A stretch of 34,757 nucleotides of DNA from a virus. Position numbers and translations under genes: made by a program. Where the stretch lies: the IMG/VR virus record IMGVR_UViG_3300046517_002090, one strand, 5' to 3'. This document shows positions 7,941-17,129 of the stretch, piece after piece (within the stretch, counting starts at the first letter, position 1; each line of letters starts with the position of its first letter). Below the pieces are notes generated by a model. It saw only the letters and a list, made by a program, of their open reading frames with translations, was not told the origin of the DNA and made no database searches.

Positions 7941-10064
7941 TTACCTCGGCGTTGTGGCTTTAAATTCTTCATAGAACTTCTCAAATCTAAATCCGAATGT
8001 ATTGCTAAAATCGAACTTATACTGACGTTGCCGTCCATTCGCACGAGTTTCAACTTTTTGTGTAAGAGCAGTAATAGGATATGGGCCAAATATGCGTGCA
8101 CTAGCTTGGCTATCATATTCCTTTGTATTAATAGACATATTAAAGAGAACTTCAGTATTAGTATCCCCGTCTACTTCTTCATTTATTGGCAATAATGCTA
8201 CGCTTGGCACGACACGTAGAATTTCTTGCATAAAATCGCCTTCAGCAATTAATGAATAATTAGATAATAAGCTACCTGTCATATTATTACCATTATCAGC
8301 AAAGTTTCCATCTATCTCATGATGGTATAAAATAGTATCTAATACCGGATCACATTGCCCAAATGCCATATATTGTGCTCTACTTATATTAGTCGGCTCT
8401 TCTGATGCAGTACGGGATAATTTACCATTAGTCAAATGTCCTTCTTGCCAATTCCATATGATATAATTATCTGGTTCTTCAGATTCATCAAATGCTGCAA
8501 ACCACCAAACTTCATTAAATGCGATCGATTTATGTGCAAAACTATGATATGCACTATTAGAGTTGATGCGATTATAAAACCATTCATTGAGCGTATTATT
8601 AGGTATAATGGTTACAACAGAGCCATTATACGCATATAGATTGCTTTGACCTGCCCAAACAACATTATCTTGCACTGAACTAGCAGCAGAAGGTCCTAAT
8701 AGACCATCTGAAGACATAACATCTTCAATAAGCCAGATTGCCGGCGCTCCTACAAAAGTCATTTTATGAACACTATTGCTTGTAAAGATTAAATGTTGTC
8801 CTTTACAATATTGACTAGCTATAAGTCTTGTAGCATTGGTGACAGTACCATTGAAGAATAGAATATTAGGATCTTTTGTCCAATTAGTTATATCGCTGGT
8901 AGATAATATATTATTCACCACCCCGGCAGCTCCGAAGACTACTATTTGGTTATTCATCACTGACACATAATTAATCGCAGTCGGAGCGCTTCCAGCAGTT
9001 TGTAATGCTGGGGCAGTAGCTACATTACCAGCCCATAAATATAACCCTCCTTGATCGCCAGGTGTAAGCACTATATTGCTGCCGAATTTATCCATAGACC
9101 AAATGCGCGGGAGTGTGAATGTACCTACAGTAGAAGGTCTAGGAGTACCATAAGTTAATGCGCCATAAAGACCCATCCCATATCCTAGTGCTTGATTATA
9201 CTTACATGCTCCTGCTAGAATTTGGCCTTGCACTGTAGTTCCTGCCCCTCCTGCAGCAGCCGCAGCAGAAGTAGCAAAGTTTCCTGAAGAATCGGCGGCA
9301 GTTGAATAATATGCATAATCATTGGCATCAAGAACTCTTATTACTGCTTCTATATTTATATCGCCCACAGCAAATCCGCCGAAAGCCACAGCGCCCAAGA
9401 TTTTTATCCTATCCCCATCTGCAAAACCATGAGCTACATGATTTACTGAAATCACCCTAGTAGCTAAAACAATGGCTGCGCCTCCTCCACTACCTGTTGC
9501 ATTCGCAATTGCTACTGCTGCATAAGTAAGTGTGCCACCTATAGAATCTACTGTTGCCACTGTAAAAGTGCCATTAGGATTGACGCCATTCAAAGGATTA
9601 GTGGCACCGGAGATTTTTATTATATCTCCTCTTTGAAATAATTTGGGAGAAATAGCTCCAAGTGTTAATGTAACTATTGAAGAGCCATTAGTTGTAGCTA
9701 ATACATCTGCAGGTAATGGTGAAAAATAGTTAGTCGATAAGCTATTCACAATCGGTGTTGTAGCTGTTACAAGAGGTGTAATGTTATATAATGAGCCTTT
9801 TGTAACGCTATAGAGTCTTGTATGCGTGCCAATTAGTATATTCTCTACACCTAGAGCATCAACATATGCCCAAATTGTGCGTGGTACACCATTTAGTACC
9901 TGACCATTTAAGAATCCAACACTATCCCAGCCACCTATTTTTTGTGGGTAATATTTATAGAAACGTATCTTATCAGCATCATTCCATTGAAAGGAGGTAT
10001 ATGCATTATCATCTTTGTTTACACCTGGTGGGATAGTAATAGGACTACGTTTCGCAGTAAGCAT
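7941..10064 (-). CDS. Large tail structural protein (707 aa), tail tubular B / nozzle-like by position
   Basis: ORF track. Size and position resemble T7 gp12. TAATG-type 1-nt overlap with the upstream gene at 10064. Confidence 0.5.
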   Translation of the reverse strand: MLTAKRSPITIPPGVNKDDNAYTSFQWNDADKIRFYKYYPQKIGGWDSVGFLNGQVLNGVPRTIWAYVDALGVENILIGTHTRLYSVTKGSLYNITPLVTATTPIVNSLSTNYFSPLPADVLATTNGSSIVTLTLGAISPKLFQRGDIIKISGATNPLNGVNPNGTFTVATVDSIGGTLTYAAVAIANATGSGGGAAIVLATRVISVNHVAHGFADGDRIKILGAVAFGGFAVGDINIEAVIRVLDANDYAYYSTAADSSGNFATSAAAAAGGAGTTVQGQILAGACKYNQALGYGMGLYGALTYGTPRPSTVGTFTLPRIWSMDKFGSNIVLTPGDQGGLYLWAGNVATAPALQTAGSAPTAINYVSVMNNQIVVFGAAGVVNNILSTSDITNWTKDPNILFFNGTVTNATRLIASQYCKGQHLIFTSNSVHKMTFVGAPAIWLIEDVMSSDGLLGPSAASSVQDNVVWAGQSNLYAYNGSVVTIIPNNTLNEWFYNRINSNSAYHSFAHKSIAFNEVWWFAAFDESEEPDNYIIWNWQEGHLTNGKLSRTASEEPTNISRAQYMAFGQCDPVLDTILYHHEIDGNFADNGNNMTGSLLSNYSLIAEGDFMQEILRVVPSVALLPINEEVDGDTNTEVLFNMSINTKEYDSQASARIFGPYPITALTQKVETRANGRQRQYKFDFSNTFGFRFEKFYEEFKATTPR

Positions 10065-10858
10065 TATACACCTACAAATATGAAGTAATTCCCTGCGAAT
10101 GCTGTTGGTTGCATATTATTATGTGGACTAGTAGCTGGTAATCCATCATTAGAAACTACACCTGAACCTCCTGCACTCGTACTGGAGATCCCAGGTGCAG
10201 TAGTCCCTTGACCAAAAGTAAAACTTGCAAGACCAGCACGAGAAGTAATAGGGTTAGGTAATTCAGCTGAAGTAAGATTATGATTCTCTTCGCCTATAGA
10301 TGATCCAATAGTACGCACTGTAAGTCCTACCCCTGCGCCTATTGCTCCTCCTACACGTCCACGCATATCAGGTAGGGTAAAAGTAGTAGATCCATCACCA
10401 TTACCAAACGGATAGGATGGAGTAAGCCCAAAAAACAATGTGTTTAATGCTGAGTAAGTAGTTCTTGAGATTGTAGCACCATCACATAATAGCCATTGTC
10501 CATGATTAGCAGCTATAGATGAATACTTATAATCTCCTATATTGAAACTATTCCCGGCTGAATTAACAGGAATAAATATATGATTAGTACTATCAATAGT
10601 ACCAACAGTTACCCAATTAGTGCCATCATATACTGCATAAACCCATGGATTAGTTGTATCATTTATCCAAAAAGTGCCAGCTTGTAATGTGGCGAACGCT
10701 GGAGGATTATTGCTCTTAAAAGTATTCATAAATGATCTAAGGAATGTATCTTGAGAAGTTAAATTCCCATTTAAAAACCCTCCCCAAGCATCTGGATCTC
10801 CTTGCACTGTTGGCAAAGTCCAGCCAAAATTCGTTGTAGGCGTACCCATATCAAACAC
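10064..10858 (-). CDS. Short tail fibre with phage tail-collar domain (264 aa)
   Basis: WLLCDGATISRTTYSALNTLF...GDGSTTFTLPDMRGRV is the hallmark of the Phage Tail Collar domain. Confidence 0.75.
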   Translation of the reverse strand: MFDMGTPTTNFGWTLPTVQGDPDAWGGFLNGNLTSQDTFLRSFMNTFKSNNPPAFATLQAGTFWINDTTNPWVYAVYDGTNWVTVGTIDSTNHIFIPVNSAGNSFNIGDYKYSSIAANHGQWLLCDGATISRTTYSALNTLFFGLTPSYPFGNGDGSTTFTLPDMRGRVGGAIGAGVGLTVRTIGSSIGEENHNLTSAELPNPITSRAGLASFTFGQGTTAPGISSTSAGGSGVVSNDGLPATSPHNNMQPTAFAGNYFIFVGV

Positions 10859-11510
10859 TCAATATATTATTATTTTGTCGTAGATTGTTTTTACGCATTA
10901 GATTTCTTTCAAAATCCATTGCAGCATTGCTATATGCGCTTGCAAGTTCCGGAGATTGTAATGTGTCATGATAGAACCGCTCCATAGCTTTCATCCGCAC
11001 AAGATCTACTGTTTCATCAGAAAACCAAATAGAAGTATCTTCATCAACTGCTGGATAGAATTCATCTTTTTGATAGTAATAGATAGTAAATGTTGTATCA
11101 CCTGCGGCTAACGGATGTATATAAAATGTATTATTAAAGATCGCATATTTTCTAGGTATGCCTTGTTCTGCAGTATTATTAAAGTAAGAAAGCACATCTG
11201 GGAAGGTTTGATTAGTAAATCCTTGTCTTAAGCTATACAAAACATTACCAATTGCAAATTGCACAGCAACAAGCGAACTAAAGTTTGCAGGGAGTGGTGT
11301 GCTAAATTCAGTATCAAAAACAGTGATAGTGGTTACTGTCTTAAATGCCCAATATAGCGAAGATTCCATATATTTAATGGCAGTAACTATGGCCCGCTGC
11401 ACAGCAGTTTCATATGTACTATTAGAGGAGCCGCCATTTAGGAGAGTGGCGCCATCTCTATTCGTATCATCTAGAATCTGTTGTGTCAGCTGGCCAAAGT
11501 TAATAGTCAT
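10851..11510 (-). CDS. Head-tail adaptor / tail tubular A-like protein (219 aa)
   Basis: ORF track. Size and position between the capsid genes and tail genes. 8-nt overlap with the downstream gene. Confidence 0.45.
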   Translation of the reverse strand: MTINFGQLTQQILDDTNRDGATLLNGGSSNSTYETAVQRAIVTAIKYMESSLYWAFKTVTTITVFDTEFSTPLPANFSSLVAVQFAIGNVLYSLRQGFTNQTFPDVLSYFNNTAEQGIPRKYAIFNNTFYIHPLAAGDTTFTIYYYQKDEFYPAVDEDTSIWFSDETVDLVRMKAMERFYHDTLQSPELASAYSNAAMDFERNLMRKNNLRQNNNILSV

Positions 11511-11522
11511 TATCTACCTATA

Positions 11523-12026
11523 TTAATTTTCATCAACACAGTAGAAGCTCACACGCATGCGAATCGTACCTGCGGTTTGAGCTGTCGCAACAGTACCTGC
11601 AAGTGTCACAACTAATCTAGGCGCAGTTCCTGAGCCATAGAGATAGTTAGTGCCAGTAGAAACAACACCCGCGGTCAAACCTTGTGCAATGTTAATTACT
11701 TGACGTATTTGGTATGTTGCTGATGTAATGCCGGTTACACCCATAGGAGCTGCACTGATAAATCTAGTAGCAAGATTTGCATCTCCTACGCTAAAAGTAC
11801 CGGTTGGTGTAGCATTAGTATCTAATACTGGGGTAATAACTTCTACCTCAGCGATACGAATGCCATTTGCAGGCAAAGCATTAGCCGGAGTCGTAAATGT
11901 GTCTCCAGTAACTACTGCACCCGCTAGAGTGTATTGGAACTCGATTGTATAGAGCATTCCAACGGATGTTCTCGCTGGAAATGAACTATCTGGCACGAGT
12001 GAAGAAAAAGCATAAGCTGTAGCCAT
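11523..12026 (-). CDS. Capsid decoration-like / head-associated protein (167 aa)
   Basis: ORF track. Immediately downstream of the major capsid gene, beta-rich, T/A/G-rich. Confidence 0.4.
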   Translation of the reverse strand: MATAYAFSSLVPDSSFPARTSVGMLYTIEFQYTLAGAVVTGDTFTTPANALPANGIRIAEVEVITPVLDTNATPTGTFSVGDANLATRFISAAPMGVTGITSATYQIRQVINIAQGLTAGVVSTGTNYLYGSGTAPRLVVTLAGTVATAQTAGTIRMRVSFYCVDEN

Positions 12027-12037
12027 AATTATTACTC

Positions 12038-13159
12038 CTATATTGAACTATAGTTAACGGAAACAATCACAGCATTATCATTGCTATTGAAGATGATTTT
12101 CTTAATTCCGAAAATCCCCATCATTGCAATACGCTGTAAATTCCCGACGTCTTGAAAATCGCTTTTGATGATAAAGCCAGCTACGTCAGCCTTCCCATCT
12201 GTATAGCCTTTCCCAAACGCAATCCCGCCAGCATCGCGGCCAGTGAAGATATTACGCCTAGAATTGGCAACAGCCGCGGAAGTCCCAGAGTCAACACCGT
12301 TAGGTATCTTGTCAGAGTTAAATACGCGAGTTTGAGAGAAGATGAACGAACGCTGCATCTCACCTTCACCACGACCAGAAGTAATCAACGCTTGTTGAAT
12401 ATCTCTGTACTGTAGAGAAGCTGAAGCATCTGTTAGCAAGTCCATATAACATTGTGTGTGTACGTAATAATGGTATTTGATTTCAGAAGTTTCAGAAAGT
12501 GGGCGTATGTACGGACGTGCTGTTTGTGCTGTAGTTTCGCAAGTCAGAATGTCCGTAAGCTTAGCAGTTGCAGTTGTATCAGCGGCTACCGCTTGGTCAG
12601 TCGTAAGTCCATTTGGTCTTATGATACGAGTTACACCACTTGTCGTAGATGGAGCAACAGCAGCATTTAGCCCTGTGATCTTAAGTCTGTCATTACCAGA
12701 ATATGCTACACCATCATAAGTAATGGTCGTTGCAGTATTGCCGGCTAGCTGATTAAACGCACCAAGAAGGCCACGGGTTTTCATCCATTCAGATTCAACA
12801 CGGTATGTATCTTCTGGAATGTCATAAAGCACACGTTGAGCATCGATTGTGTACGCAGCTGGGTTTTCCACCACAATACGTAGTTGGTCAATGTTCACGT
12901 TATCAGTGAAGTATGTAAGTGCTGATTCAAGACCTGTAGCAGATTGCATACCAAGTAAACCTTGGTCTGTAAGTCTGTTTAGGAATGAAATAGTCACGCG
13001 GTCGCCCGCGGTCTTAGATGTGTTGTCTACGCGGCGTAATGTGCCGGCTTTCATCATCTGTCCCAACATCTCAGTATCCGTAACAAAATCATAGAGGGTA
13101 CGTTCCGACCATAACTTTACGACCGATGCCGAGTTGGTATTAAACGTGGTTACTGCCAT
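12038..13159 (-). CDS. Major capsid protein (373 aa from ATG 13159), N4-gp56-like HK97 fold
   Basis: MAVTTFNTNSASVVKLWSERTLYDF... is typical of N4-gp56-family capsid proteins. SD GAGGA lies 8-9 nt upstream of ATG 13159. The track's 17-aa extension starts at a GTG inside the leader. Confidence 0.85.
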   Translation of the reverse strand: MAVTTFNTNSASVVKLWSERTLYDFVTDTEMLGQMMKAGTLRRVDNTSKTAGDRVTISFLNRLTDQGLLGMQSATGLESALTYFTDNVNIDQLRIVVENPAAYTIDAQRVLYDIPEDTYRVESEWMKTRGLLGAFNQLAGNTATTITYDGVAYSGNDRLKITGLNAAVAPSTTSGVTRIIRPNGLTTDQAVAADTTATAKLTDILTCETTAQTARPYIRPLSETSEIKYHYYVHTQCYMDLLTDASASLQYRDIQQALITSGRGEGEMQRSFIFSQTRVFNSDKIPNGVDSGTSAAVANSRRNIFTGRDAGGIAFGKGYTDGKADVAGFIIKSDFQDVGNLQRIAMMGIFGIKKIIFNSNDNAVIVSVNYSSI

Positions 13160-13395
13160 GTTGAATGTCCTCGTAAAGGTTGAAATATGTAAATATCTCT
13201 TGCCGTTCACGAGGTGGTTTACCGAGGGTACCTTAGCTCGAACCTTTTAGGGAGTTGCTTATCTCCGTTGGCTTTATCGTTGCCCAAATGCAAGTATGGC
13301 TCTGCCTATATTCCCTAACTTGGTATAAAAAGCCGGAAACAAACAAAGCTGTTATATTACAATAACTTATACATATTAAGGAATCAACAATTATA
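13160..13395 (-). promoter_or_regulatory. 236-nt GC-enriched structured leader between scaffold and capsid genes, with an SD-sequestering hairpin
   Basis: mRNA-sense CCUCGUGAA (13214..13206) pairs with UUUACGAGG (13177..13169, containing the SD). That is 9 bp including one G.U, which would be a C-A mismatch on the other strand. Additional nested stems at 13216..13244 and 13251..13266. Possible promoter TTGATT-17-TATTGT just after the scaffold stop. Confidence 0.4.
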
Positions 13396-14433
13396 TTATC
13401 TCAATCTCTCCAGCATTTTATGGAAAGACTCTGGATTGACCCCAGATAATGGATTGCCAGACTTATTCATAGCTGAAGCTATGTCAGTAGGGATATGACC
13501 AAAACTACTGTTATTGCCCAAATTACCAGTATTGGCACTACGTTCCATGTTTTTGTTGATCGCCGCGATATTCTTGGTGGGGGCGCTTTTTGAGGACGCT
13601 TGAGGTGTGTTGTAGCCATATGTTTTTGCCATTTTATAAATTGTATCTGCAGCATTTTTCCCGCTATTTAGAGAGCGTGTCAGTACATCACGTAATTTAG
13701 CTCCGACATATTCATTAGCAGTACGTTCATCACCTAACAAATCTTTTGCGATATTAAATTCTACGTCTTGAACATGCTTCATAGCTTGATGGAAATCAGG
13801 GTGTTCTTTAGCATATGCGGCCTCTTGAGCTACTACCATATTATGATATTGCATCTCTTGAGTGCGTGTTTGTGTCTCATGAGCTACATTTGCTAGTTGT
13901 GTTTTTAACAAATCTATTTCACGTTTAGCATAATTATAAGTTTCGGTATCTAATGGATCTATATCTTCTGGAGTATGAAGTGTACTTTGTTTTTGCTGTA
14001 CTTCTACTTGTTGCTGTTTCTGAATATCGGTGAGCATTTGTAATTGAGTTTGCGCACGAATACGCTCATCGCGTTCTTGGAGGAGTTGTGCCTCTATACT
14101 TTTGCGCTTTTCAAGTTCTTGATTAAGACGTGACTTGGGCACCATATGGCCTTTAACTTCAACTTCTGGCTCTACATCCAGTTCTCCGGAATCTCCGGAT
14201 AGCTCATTAGTGTCAGCGACATTAGTGTCGTCAACATCCGATGTATCCTCGGTAGTTGCGCTTTCACGCGTTGCCTGCTGTACATCTTGTGGTATTTCTT
14301 CTCTGGTATCTGCAGAATCTTGTTCGGATTCATTACTTATCTTCGCAAGCGCGGCTCTGAAATTATCTTCACTATTGAATACTGTTGCATCGAGTTGGGT
14401 TATCTTACCTTCTTGTGGTATATTATCAGTCAT
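13396..14433 (-). CDS. Scaffolding protein (345 aa)
   Basis: Sits between portal and capsid genes. Acidic N-terminus and long Q/E-rich coiled-coil region. Confidence 0.7.
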   Translation of the reverse strand: MTDNIPQEGKITQLDATVFNSEDNFRAALAKISNESEQDSADTREEIPQDVQQATRESATTEDTSDVDDTNVADTNELSGDSGELDVEPEVEVKGHMVPKSRLNQELEKRKSIEAQLLQERDERIRAQTQLQMLTDIQKQQQVEVQQKQSTLHTPEDIDPLDTETYNYAKREIDLLKTQLANVAHETQTRTQEMQYHNMVVAQEAAYAKEHPDFHQAMKHVQDVEFNIAKDLLGDERTANEYVGAKLRDVLTRSLNSGKNAADTIYKMAKTYGYNTPQASSKSAPTKNIAAINKNMERSANTGNLGNNSSFGHIPTDIASAMNKSGNPLSGVNPESFHKMLERLR

Positions 14434-14440
14434 AATTCTC

Positions 14441-16534
14441 CTATAATTGCTGATTAAATATTGCTGCTATGCGTCTATCCATTTGTTGATGAGTGAAATC
14501 TGTAATCTTAGCGACCTCAGCGGCCGCTTTAGTTTCAGTTAAGTTGATATCCGCAATCATCTTCATTGGCGTATAACGCATATTTTGCTCTTTTTCCATG
14601 GCCTCCATCGTCAATTTATATGCTGATGCAGCCTTGAAGTCAGCTTCAGTGGTGAGTAGACGTTGATTAACTGGATCTGGTTCCTGCGGCGGTGGTGGCT
14701 GGATCATAGCCTTAAGTTCTTTAACAATGGATGCATCAAATGGAGCGTATTCTAGTATAAGAGGCATTAAATCTATTGGATTTGGCTTATTAAGCATCAC
14801 AGATTGCATTTCTAGGAGCTTCATAAATGTTTCTTCCTTCTGATCAGGAGACATTGGCATCTCATCGATCACAACATCGTATTCAGCTGCGATATTATCG
14901 CGTAATAGAGGTACAAATTGCTCGTTTACCTCGCCTAGCACATTATGAATCAGTCTGCCTTCGTTATTTTCAGCGAGAACTCGTACACAGTCTATATATA
15001 GACGTGCTTGTTCCTGTAGATATGATCTTCTCGCATCAAAAAACGTACTCAGCGTAGTTAGACCTTGTTTAATTTGCTGGCGTAGGAAGCTACTATTCTG
15101 TTCTTTGGTATTCATTATACCCATAAGCTCGGGTGTAACGCCACACACAGCCATAATCTGTGCATCTGAGTATTGGATCATTTCCAAAATGCCTTGAGGT
15201 AGCGGTGGAGCTACCTTAGGCATAACTTTACCTGTAGATAAGGCTCCGGGTTCATAAACAGAGACTTGTCTAGCTTTGGTATAAGTATCTAAGAACCCTT
15301 GGAGATCAGATACAGCATCGCGTTCGATGTTGACGCCACCCTTAGGTATTGTATTTAGAAAACCTTGGTAATCCGATATCACTTGATTAAGCACCCTTTG
15401 CGGCGCTTTGCAAGCACGTAGGAGGCCAAAATCATATTGAGTGAGCTCTGAAAAGTCTCCGGTCATAAATTTCACTGAGAAGCCTTCCTGTGAGTAATTC
15501 TCAGATTTACTAACAACATTATTCCCGGTGATTATGGCACGGAAATATTTATACATGTATTGCGTGGCATAAGTAACCTTGATGCCAAAGAACTTCATAG
15601 ACTCGCGAAACTTATTATAAGCGCCTTTTTCGGTGATTGCGAATGTCTGATCTAGCTTAGGATTAAAGTTGTATTCATCAGCGTAAAATGCAATGGTGGC
15701 ATCAAGCATGGTTACAAACTCTTCGACGCCGTCCATTGTCATGATGCCACTATCCATTGCTAGCTGCATTGGATCTAAATCTTTAAAGGGATTTTCTACT
15801 TGATAGAATGGTTGCTTTTTACGCCATTGATATTCATAGACAACACCAAGTTGTTTCACAGCTAGAACTGCTTGGAAGAATTCTAGTATACGAGCGTCTA
15901 AAGCACTGGAATATATATCATTAAAGTACTCAACGCCATATTCTTGACGAATGATATCACGGTTTACTACCTTGAGACGTACCACGTAATCGCTGTCCAT
16001 CTTATTCTTGCGACGCGATGCAGGATCCCAAAATAGAAACGCAGGCATAACACGTTCTACTCTGAATTCTCCATCATGTGGCGGCTTGCTATAATCCATC
16101 AAAGTATCAGTTGCGCCAACTCCGCAGATTAGCATGTCCTGAAAAGCAAGAGTATACTCCAGATCTGCATTAGTCTTCTGTTCTATGTATTTAACGGCAT
16201 TATTGAGTACATCATTAAAGCCATTCTGCTCTTCATCATTAAGCCTAGGGATATATTTAACATTTAATCTATTCTGTATCTCGAAGCCAACTATAGACTG
16301 GATAACAGGTTTAACCCTATTGATAGTAATAATAGGCATGCCATTAGCATTCTGGCGTTCAATATCATCTTTGGTCCATTGATCGCCTTCATACATAGCG
16401 AAAGACTCGCGCACTTCGATCTCACGCCAGTCTTGTTCGATCATTAAGTTTTCATTGATGCGCTTTTCCATTTCTCTGATGATCTGTTCGTCATCTTCCA
16501 TGCCTAGCAATTCTTTGGGCTCATCAAGCAACAT
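14441..16534 (-). CDS. Portal protein (697 aa)
   Basis: Size, position, and the N-terminal motif ...FAMYEGDQWTKDDIERQNANGMPIITINRVKPVIQSIVG..., which is typical of portal proteins. Confidence 0.85.
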   Translation of the reverse strand: MLLDEPKELLGMEDDEQIIREMEKRINENLMIEQDWREIEVRESFAMYEGDQWTKDDIERQNANGMPIITINRVKPVIQSIVGFEIQNRLNVKYIPRLNDEEQNGFNDVLNNAVKYIEQKTNADLEYTLAFQDMLICGVGATDTLMDYSKPPHDGEFRVERVMPAFLFWDPASRRKNKMDSDYVVRLKVVNRDIIRQEYGVEYFNDIYSSALDARILEFFQAVLAVKQLGVVYEYQWRKKQPFYQVENPFKDLDPMQLAMDSGIMTMDGVEEFVTMLDATIAFYADEYNFNPKLDQTFAITEKGAYNKFRESMKFFGIKVTYATQYMYKYFRAIITGNNVVSKSENYSQEGFSVKFMTGDFSELTQYDFGLLRACKAPQRVLNQVISDYQGFLNTIPKGGVNIERDAVSDLQGFLDTYTKARQVSVYEPGALSTGKVMPKVAPPLPQGILEMIQYSDAQIMAVCGVTPELMGIMNTKEQNSSFLRQQIKQGLTTLSTFFDARRSYLQEQARLYIDCVRVLAENNEGRLIHNVLGEVNEQFVPLLRDNIAAEYDVVIDEMPMSPDQKEETFMKLLEMQSVMLNKPNPIDLMPLILEYAPFDASIVKELKAMIQPPPPQEPDPVNQRLLTTEADFKAASAYKLTMEAMEKEQNMRYTPMKMIADINLTETKAAAEVAKITDFTHQQMDRRIAAIFNQQL

Positions 16535-16617
16535 CTAAGTAATGATTTATATTTCAATACGTTAGAGATTATCTCACTTTTACGCATAGATCAACAAATT
16601 GTATATGTAATAATCAC

Positions 16618-16869
16618 TTAGCTATTTATACAAGTGATAAAGGCTTCTAATTGATATATTAGATCATGAGCGGTTCTAGTCATATGTTGTAGATTACAAT
16701 CATTAGCATCGACACAAGCAGATTCTAACAAATCCATGCGTTGATAAAATCTATTTAGACTACTACTAAATTCTATCATTGAGTGATTATGAGATTTCAT
16801 TTGTAGATCCAAATCTTTAACCATTCGATCTAAAAGCATTACGCGATCTCCTAAAGTTATCTCGTTCAC
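16618..16869 (-). CDS. Hypothetical coiled-coil protein (83 aa, GTG start)
   Basis: ORF track. GTGA overlap with the upstream ORF. Confidence 0.45.
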   Translation of the reverse strand: MNEITLGDRVMLLDRMVKDLDLQMKSHNHSMIEFSSSLNRFYQRMDLLESACVDANDCNLQHMTRTAHDLIYQLEAFITCINS

Positions 16870-17129
16870 GTGTTCTCTCCTGTTTTGAATTTTAATTTAG
16901 GCCTTCCAACTTTTCGTTTGCCAAGACGTATAGCTTCTGGATCTTGTTCTATAAGTTTTGCTATATAGTTTATAGCAATATCATTGCGTTCAGCTATTTT
17001 CAGACTTTCAGCAGCTACCCATTTTGTGGACTTTAGCTCAGAGTCTAAATTTTCGAAATATTCCTTCACAAAGAAGTTCTCCAACGCTTTGAGTCTAGCT
17101 TGCAGGTCTTTAATAATGGTGTTAATCAT
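16866..17129 (-). CDS. Hypothetical coiled-coil protein (87 aa from ATG 17129)
   Basis: ATGA overlap with the terL stop at 17126-17129. The longer track ORF (to 17189) would overlap terL by 64 nt. Confidence 0.5.
   Translation of the reverse strand: MINTIIKDLQARLKALENFFVKEYFENLDSELKSTKWVAAESLKIAERNDIAINYIAKLIEQDPEAIRLGKRKVGRPKLKFKTGENT

Noticed and set aside
12950-12968. hix/gix-like core ACCAAGTAAACCTTGGTCT, and similar AAAACCTTGG strings near 15365 and 7525
   Set aside because: They lie inside the capsid, portal and internal-protein genes. They lack the second half-site (GGTTT plus flank) and have no inverted partner.
13160-13210. The 17-codon N-terminal extension of the capsid ORF in the track (start at 13210)
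   Set aside because: It starts at a GTG without an SD. ATG 13159 has a good GAGGA SD and yields the canonical MAVTTFN... capsid N-terminus.
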